Source: Candidatus Latescibacterota bacterium
GTDB taxonomy: Bacteria; Latescibacterota; UBA2968; GCA-2709665
Direction: 5' to 3'
NCBI GenBank assembly: GCA_965219455.1
Contig: OZ244744.1
Coordinates: forward strand, 864,001 to 928,000
Length of the DNA stretch: 64,000 nt
Under the pieces are notes generated by a model. That model worked only from the letters and a program-made list of their open reading frames with translations. It searched no databases and was not told the DNA's origin. This document shows positions 59,384-64,000 of the stretch, piece after piece; the first letter of the stretch is position 1, and each line of letters opens with the position of its first letter. Both the position numbers and the translations under genes were made by a program.

Positions 59384-61738
59384 TCATACCGCATCCAGTT
59401 CATCCTCTTCGTGCCGCTCCAGATACTCGAGGCCAACAAGCACCTCCCGACCCTTGCTGCTACCGTCCGACGGTCCGACAACTCCGGCCTGCTCCAGTTC
59501 ATCGACCAGACGGGCGGCGCGGGCATACCCCACTTTCATGCGGCGCTGGAGCAGTGAGGCCGAGCCCTGCTGGTGGGTAACGACCAGCCGAAGCGCTTCG
59601 TCGAACCGCTGGTCGCGAGTGACCTCGGCAAGCAACAGTTCGTTTTCGTCCACGCCCAGGTTCAGTTGCTCGAACTCCACGCCCTGGCCGCTCACCCATT
59701 CCACCAGGCGTTCCGTCTCCTCGGTTGTCATGTTCGCGCCATGGACGCGCACGGGTTCCGGTTTTCCCGCAGGCATGAATAGCATATCGCCACGGCCCAG
59801 AAGCTTCTCGGCGCCGTTGCAATCCAGAATCGTACGCGAATCCACTTTCGACGCCACGCGAAACGCGATGCGCGACGGAAAGTTCGCCTTTATCGTGCCG
59901 GTAATCACGTTTACCGACGGCCGCTGTGTCGCCAGGATCAAATGGATGCCGACTGCGCGCGCCATCTGCGCCAGCCGTGCCAGCGAATCTTCGATATCCG
60001 CGGGCGCCGTCATCATCAAATCCGCGAGTTCGTCGACCACGACCACGATGTAGGGCAACAACGGGGGAACTTCCTGCCGGTCTTCTTCTGAATCCGCCGC
60101 GGCCCGCATCTTCTCCAGTTTGTTGTTGAAATCCGTGATATTCCTTACGTTGTACTGCGCCAGATTTCGATAACGGTCCTCCATTTCCGCCACGGCCCAC
60201 CTCAACGCTTCGGACGCCTTTTGGGGTTCCGTGACAACCGGCGCCAGCAGATGTGGAATATTGTTGTAAATCGACAGTTCCAGCATCTTCGGATCCACCA
60301 TGATAAAGCGGACCTCCTCGGGCCTGCACCGCACCAGGATGCTGGTTATCAGCACATTGATGCATACCGATTTCCCGCTTCCCGTAGCGCCTGCAATCAA
60401 CAGGTGGGGCATGGAAGCCAGGTTCGTGCAGACGGATTCCCCGGTTGCGGACTTGCCCAGCGCCAGCATCAGCTTCTCATCGGCGCCGAGAAAGGCGTCA
60501 GATTCCAGTATCTCCCGCAGGAAGACGGTTGAAGGATTCGCATTCGGGACCTCAATGCCCACTGCTGCTTTGCCGGGAATCGGCGCCTGAATCCGGATAC
60601 TCCGCGCCTTCATCACCAGAGCGAGGTCGTCCGAAAGATTGACAATGCGGCTCACCTTCACCCCGCGGGGCGGCTGTACCTCGTATCCGGTGATCACCGG
60701 ACCCGGATTCACCTGTACAACCTTGCCCTCGATGCCAAAACTGCTGAGGCTTTGTTCGAGGGTTTGCGCCCCTTCGAGCAGAAACGACCGGTCGGGTCCC
60801 TCTTCCTCCTGCGTGGGTTCATTCAGCAACTCCAGGTCCGGCAACCGGTACTGCACATCCTCGCCTCCCCGTTTCTCCACCTTCGGTTTCTGTCCGGTCG
60901 CCCTGGATATCTCCACGGGGTCGGCAACGATACCGGGGTTCAGTGAAACCGCAGGTCCCTCTTCCGGCTCATCCGCCTCGTCTTCGTACAAATGAAACGG
61001 CTCAGGGGTGGTGGCGTCGGGATCGAAAAGCGGTTCCGATTCGGCATCACTCGCGGCTTCTTCCGCATCGTTCAGCAGGCTGGGTTCCGTACGTTCCGTT
61101 TCACGCCCTTCCTTCCTCTGCCGCCGCGCCAGACGCCGACGTGCGGACCAGCCGGTCATCCCGGTCTGAATTCGCCCAGCGCCGGCCGCCAGCAAATCCG
61201 GAATCCGGGAGAAAGGCAGGCGGGTCAGAATCATGAGAAACACCAGAAACAGGGCGCTCAAAAGAATATACGACCCGACAAAGCCCAGATAGGGTACCAG
61301 GATCCGGGACGCCAGGGTAATTCCCAGCCACCCGCCCATCAGAAATGACAGATGGGTTTCCCCTCGCGAAGGCACGCACGTCGCGCCGCAATAAACCACC
61401 ACCATGGCAAGCAACGCCAGGCTGCGGGAAACAAGAGGCAGGGCGGGACGGTCTCTGAAACGATTCCACCCCCACATCAGAACGAGGGCTACAAGCACAA
61501 AGGCGCCCTGACCCACCGTGAACAGAAAATAGTAGGAGATCTGGCTGCCGATCCACCCCGCCATATTCTCCGTCAATTCCGGTGCACGGCTCGAATTAGG
61601 GGGATCTTGCGGCGAATGTGAAACCAGGCTTACCGCCATCAACAGCGCAACCGCGACCAGCAACACGCCGCAGACCTGATTCACGAGATCCGATTGATGT
61701 TGCGGGTCCTCCTTTACTGCGTTCGATTCGTTTCTCAT
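59384..61738 (-). CDS. ftsK: DNA translocase FtsK
   Basis: 4TM N-terminus, GATGSGKS, 'ATQRPSVNVITG', gamma domain 'SASLLQRR...GYARAAR'. Confidence 0.96.
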   Translation of the reverse strand: MRNESNAVKEDPQHQSDLVNQVCGVLLVAVALLMAVSLVSHSPQDPPNSSRAPELTENMAGWIGSQISYYFLFTVGQGAFVLVALVLMWGWNRFRDRPALPLVSRSLALLAMVVVYCGATCVPSRGETHLSFLMGGWLGITLASRILVPYLGFVGSYILLSALFLVFLMILTRLPFSRIPDLLAAGAGRIQTGMTGWSARRRLARRQRKEGRETERTEPSLLNDAEEAASDAESEPLFDPDATTPEPFHLYEDEADEPEEGPAVSLNPGIVADPVEISRATGQKPKVEKRGGEDVQYRLPDLELLNEPTQEEEGPDRSFLLEGAQTLEQSLSSFGIEGKVVQVNPGPVITGYEVQPPRGVKVSRIVNLSDDLALVMKARSIRIQAPIPGKAAVGIEVPNANPSTVFLREILESDAFLGADEKLMLALGKSATGESVCTNLASMPHLLIAGATGSGKSVCINVLITSILVRCRPEEVRFIMVDPKMLELSIYNNIPHLLAPVVTEPQKASEALRWAVAEMEDRYRNLAQYNVRNITDFNNKLEKMRAAADSEEDRQEVPPLLPYIVVVVDELADLMMTAPADIEDSLARLAQMARAVGIHLILATQRPSVNVITGTIKANFPSRIAFRVASKVDSRTILDCNGAEKLLGRGDMLFMPAGKPEPVRVHGANMTTEETERLVEWVSGQGVEFEQLNLGVDENELLLAEVTRDQRFDEALRLVVTHQQGSASLLQRRMKVGYARAARLVDELEQAGVVGPSDGSSKGREVLVGLEYLERHEEDELDAV

Positions 61739-61889
61739 AAATGAGCCACCCTTGTTTTGGAACATCCAAAGGGAGACAGAATGCGTGGGTCCCTTCTAAA
61801 CCGACGCTCTTCCGTGCGCGCGGGAACGCACCGGGAAACCGAAAACAACCTCTGAAACTCCGGCGCAGGGGATTCGCCGGCACTGCAAG

Positions 61890-63587
61890 CTATAGTCCTC
61901 TCGCCAGCACAACTGGGGCTTTGGTCCTAAAGATACGGCCTTCGAACAACGTCTCCAAAAATAAGATGTAAATGCCCGGCTTCAACTGAGCTCCATATTC
62001 ATCCATCCCGTCCCACGTCACCCTTCGTCGGCTGCCGCCGGTGGCGGCATTAAGGAGCGTTCTTACCGGATGGCCGGACCTGTCGTACACCCACAGATTC
62101 ACGTCCGCTCGCGTGGCTGGAAGAAGATAGCTTATTTCCACTCGATCGTAAAAGGGATTGGGCTCTGCCAGAAGTTGGACGGCATCGATTCCGCTTTGCA
62201 GCGCCACGCTGTTTTCGCGACCGGGCGTCGCCCCGTCGTCGTGGGTGCTTAGCAGCCAATTCTGAGCGTCATCGCTCGACCCGGATCCCGAAATCCGTTC
62301 AAGCGACGTCCCGGCGAAAGCCGCCTGTCCGTATGTCATGCGATCCACAACCGCACCGGTTACATCGCGTACGACCACAGCGTCCCCGCTGTCGTTCAAG
62401 CGAACCCACCGCTCGGGTGCGACAACCTGAATGGTCCGATCGGCAAACCGGCTGAAGAACCGGTCGACGTCTTCGGCCACCACCAGGTACGCATCCGGCT
62501 GCAGTCGCAAAGGCTCACGCCCGAATACCTCGCCCTCGGACCTGGCGTCCTGAATCCACCAGCCGATCACGTCCAGCGCCTGCCCCGATCGGTTGTGGAG
62601 TTCCACCCACTCCGGATCACCCTCGGCTGGAGAAAACATCACTTCGTTCACGACCATCGCCCCGGGTCCGACCCCGCCCAGCACCGTCCAGGTCACCCGA
62701 TTGTTCGACGTATCCTCATCCGCATCGAACGCAACCGTGGCCGCGTATTCGTGCTGTCCCGACGGTACGATTCCGATTGGCGTTTCAAACCTGACAAGCC
62801 CTGCGGGCGCCAGGCCCGGGAACTCCCGTTGCCATCGGGCAATACCCTCCACCTTCACGGAAAACGCCGATGCCGGCCGCCGGCCCCGGTTCACCACCTC
62901 AAGAACAAAATGACGCGCCACGCCTGCCGGAATCGGAAACGGCGATTCCGAAACCCTCTCCAGGGCCAGATCGTAGTCTTTCGGGCTCACGCTGTTGACG
63001 CGTCCCGGTGTCCCTCCCTCCCACCGTGAATCCACCCAGTTCTCCTGTCCGTCGCCGCCGGTGGGATCGATTTTCTCCTCTGAAAACCCCGGCTTGTTTC
63101 CCGTCGTGTAGACCATCGCGCCCACGGTATCGCCGGATGACGAAACAAGCACGATCCGCTCCGGCGTTGAATTGCTCAGGCCCGAGTTCCCGAGCGTGGC
63201 GTCCGTCACCGTGAGGATCAATGCGGACGCGGGTAACGGATCGTAGTGGGTCGAATGCACAAAATACCCGGAATCCAGAATCAACCCGAAGGCCCCGGGT
63301 TGCAGCACGGTGTCGTCGCTTTCGAAGACCAGCGCGTCCGCCTCGTCGCCGTCTCCAGCCCTCCATCCGGCCAGATCCACCGGCTCGCCGCCGGTATTCC
63401 GTATCTCAATGAACTCGTCGTAAAACTCGCTGCCCGATGGGTCGAACATCACCTCGCTGATCACCACTTGCCCTGCCGCCCGACCCCATGAACTCAGAAC
63501 CGCAAAAATCACGATAAAGCCTGCGACAATTGACCCGATACCATTGCCATGAATCTCGAAACACCGGCCTGTCGAAAACCTGTTCAT
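61890..63587 (-). CDS. Secreted protein with two lamin-tail domains, CARDB-like and FlgD-Ig-like domains
   Basis: 'VVISEVMFDP..EFIEI', 'VVNEVMF..EWVEL', 'TPGR.NS' twice, 'PNPF...WDG...PGIY'; ATGA overlap with the upstream gene. Confidence 0.8.
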   Translation of the reverse strand: MNRFSTGRCFEIHGNGIGSIVAGFIVIFAVLSSWGRAAGQVVISEVMFDPSGSEFYDEFIEIRNTGGEPVDLAGWRAGDGDEADALVFESDDTVLQPGAFGLILDSGYFVHSTHYDPLPASALILTVTDATLGNSGLSNSTPERIVLVSSSGDTVGAMVYTTGNKPGFSEEKIDPTGGDGQENWVDSRWEGGTPGRVNSVSPKDYDLALERVSESPFPIPAGVARHFVLEVVNRGRRPASAFSVKVEGIARWQREFPGLAPAGLVRFETPIGIVPSGQHEYAATVAFDADEDTSNNRVTWTVLGGVGPGAMVVNEVMFSPAEGDPEWVELHNRSGQALDVIGWWIQDARSEGEVFGREPLRLQPDAYLVVAEDVDRFFSRFADRTIQVVAPERWVRLNDSGDAVVVRDVTGAVVDRMTYGQAAFAGTSLERISGSGSSDDAQNWLLSTHDDGATPGRENSVALQSGIDAVQLLAEPNPFYDRVEISYLLPATRADVNLWVYDRSGHPVRTLLNAATGGSRRRVTWDGMDEYGAQLKPGIYILFLETLFEGRIFRTKAPVVLARGL

Positions 63588-64000
63588 ATCATGCCCCATC
63601 TGCGTCTGGCCGTCCACTCCACACCAAGGAGCACGACGAGAACGAAAAGCGGCCACGGTCTCCCCCACAGCCGGGTCCGGTACGACTCCGCCACCGGCTG
63701 GGGCGCAAGGTCAAGATCGCTCAGAACAGCGCTCAAACCATCCGGCGCCGTAAAATCGCCCCCGCTTCGCAAAGCCAGGCTTTCCAGAAGATTCCGGTTC
63801 ATTCGCATGTCTTCAAATTCCAGACTGTACCGGCCCACGGTGAATCGCCCGGTGCCATTCCCCAGATCAACGCCGCCCATACGGGCCCGTACTTCATACA
63901 CGTACTCTCCCTGGGCGCCCGCTTTCAATTGCCCCCGGTAGCGTCCGTGGCCTTCGTCGTCCAACATCGTCTGCCGAACCCGGTCCTCGTCCACGACAGA
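63584..64000 (-). CDS. C-terminal fragment of a membrane-anchored protein (runs off the window)
   Basis: 'LESLALRSGG' and C-terminal TM 'LLGVEWTARRRWG', as seen in VWA/glutamine-amidotransferase-like membrane proteins. Confidence 0.6.
   Translation of the reverse strand, partial: SVVDEDRVRQTMLDDEGHGRYRGQLKAGAQGEYVYEVRARMGGVDLGNGTGRFTVGRYSLEFEDMRMNRNLLESLALRSGGDFTAPDGLSAVLSDLDLAPQPVAESYRTRLWGRPWPLFVLVVLLGVEWTARRRWGMI

Overview
This is a GC-rich (about 60% by spot counts) bacterial chromosome segment with roughly 48 genes. I saw no rRNA, tRNA, CRISPR array or intact transposase. The gene repertoire (WD40 plus 'DFDGDGTVGFSDFL' dockerin-like tail, GWxTD proteins, lamin-tail protein, many PhyH/Gfo/UxuA paralogs) suggests a Latescibacterota/Gemmatimonadota-like, possibly host-associated organism; this is inference only. 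0-14 kb: cell-envelope genes, namely TPR and DUF4292 lipoproteins, a WD40 protein, three tandem GWxTD-TPR proteins and a lipoprotein with 31 exact 9-residue TCP10/CPAP-like repeats plus a CAP domain. 15-43.6 kb: accessory catabolism, including a phyH-phyH-nthB-nthA-accessory operon, an amidohydrolase-Rieske-MFS unit, a heparinase II/III-like lyase, two UxuA paralogs, SolA and a DMFase-like protein. 43.8-48.3 kb: an AT-richer aapJQMP island. 48.3-64 kb: housekeeping run ftsK-lolA-prfB(frameshift)-lysS-lolD-clpC-bamA-skp-fabZ, which lacks the usual lolC/E, lpxD and lpxA neighbours. Best candidates for new biology: (1) a PhyH paralog with the halogenase-type His-X-Gly motif, paired with a canonical His-X-Asp paralog ahead of a cobalt nitrile hydratase; (2) the TCP10-repeat/CAP lipoprotein plus GWxTD array; (3) a probable amidohydrolase-related dinuclear oxygenase with its Rieske partner; (4) two MITE families that repeatedly sit on stop codons. 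All functional calls come from motif recognition by eye, not database searches.
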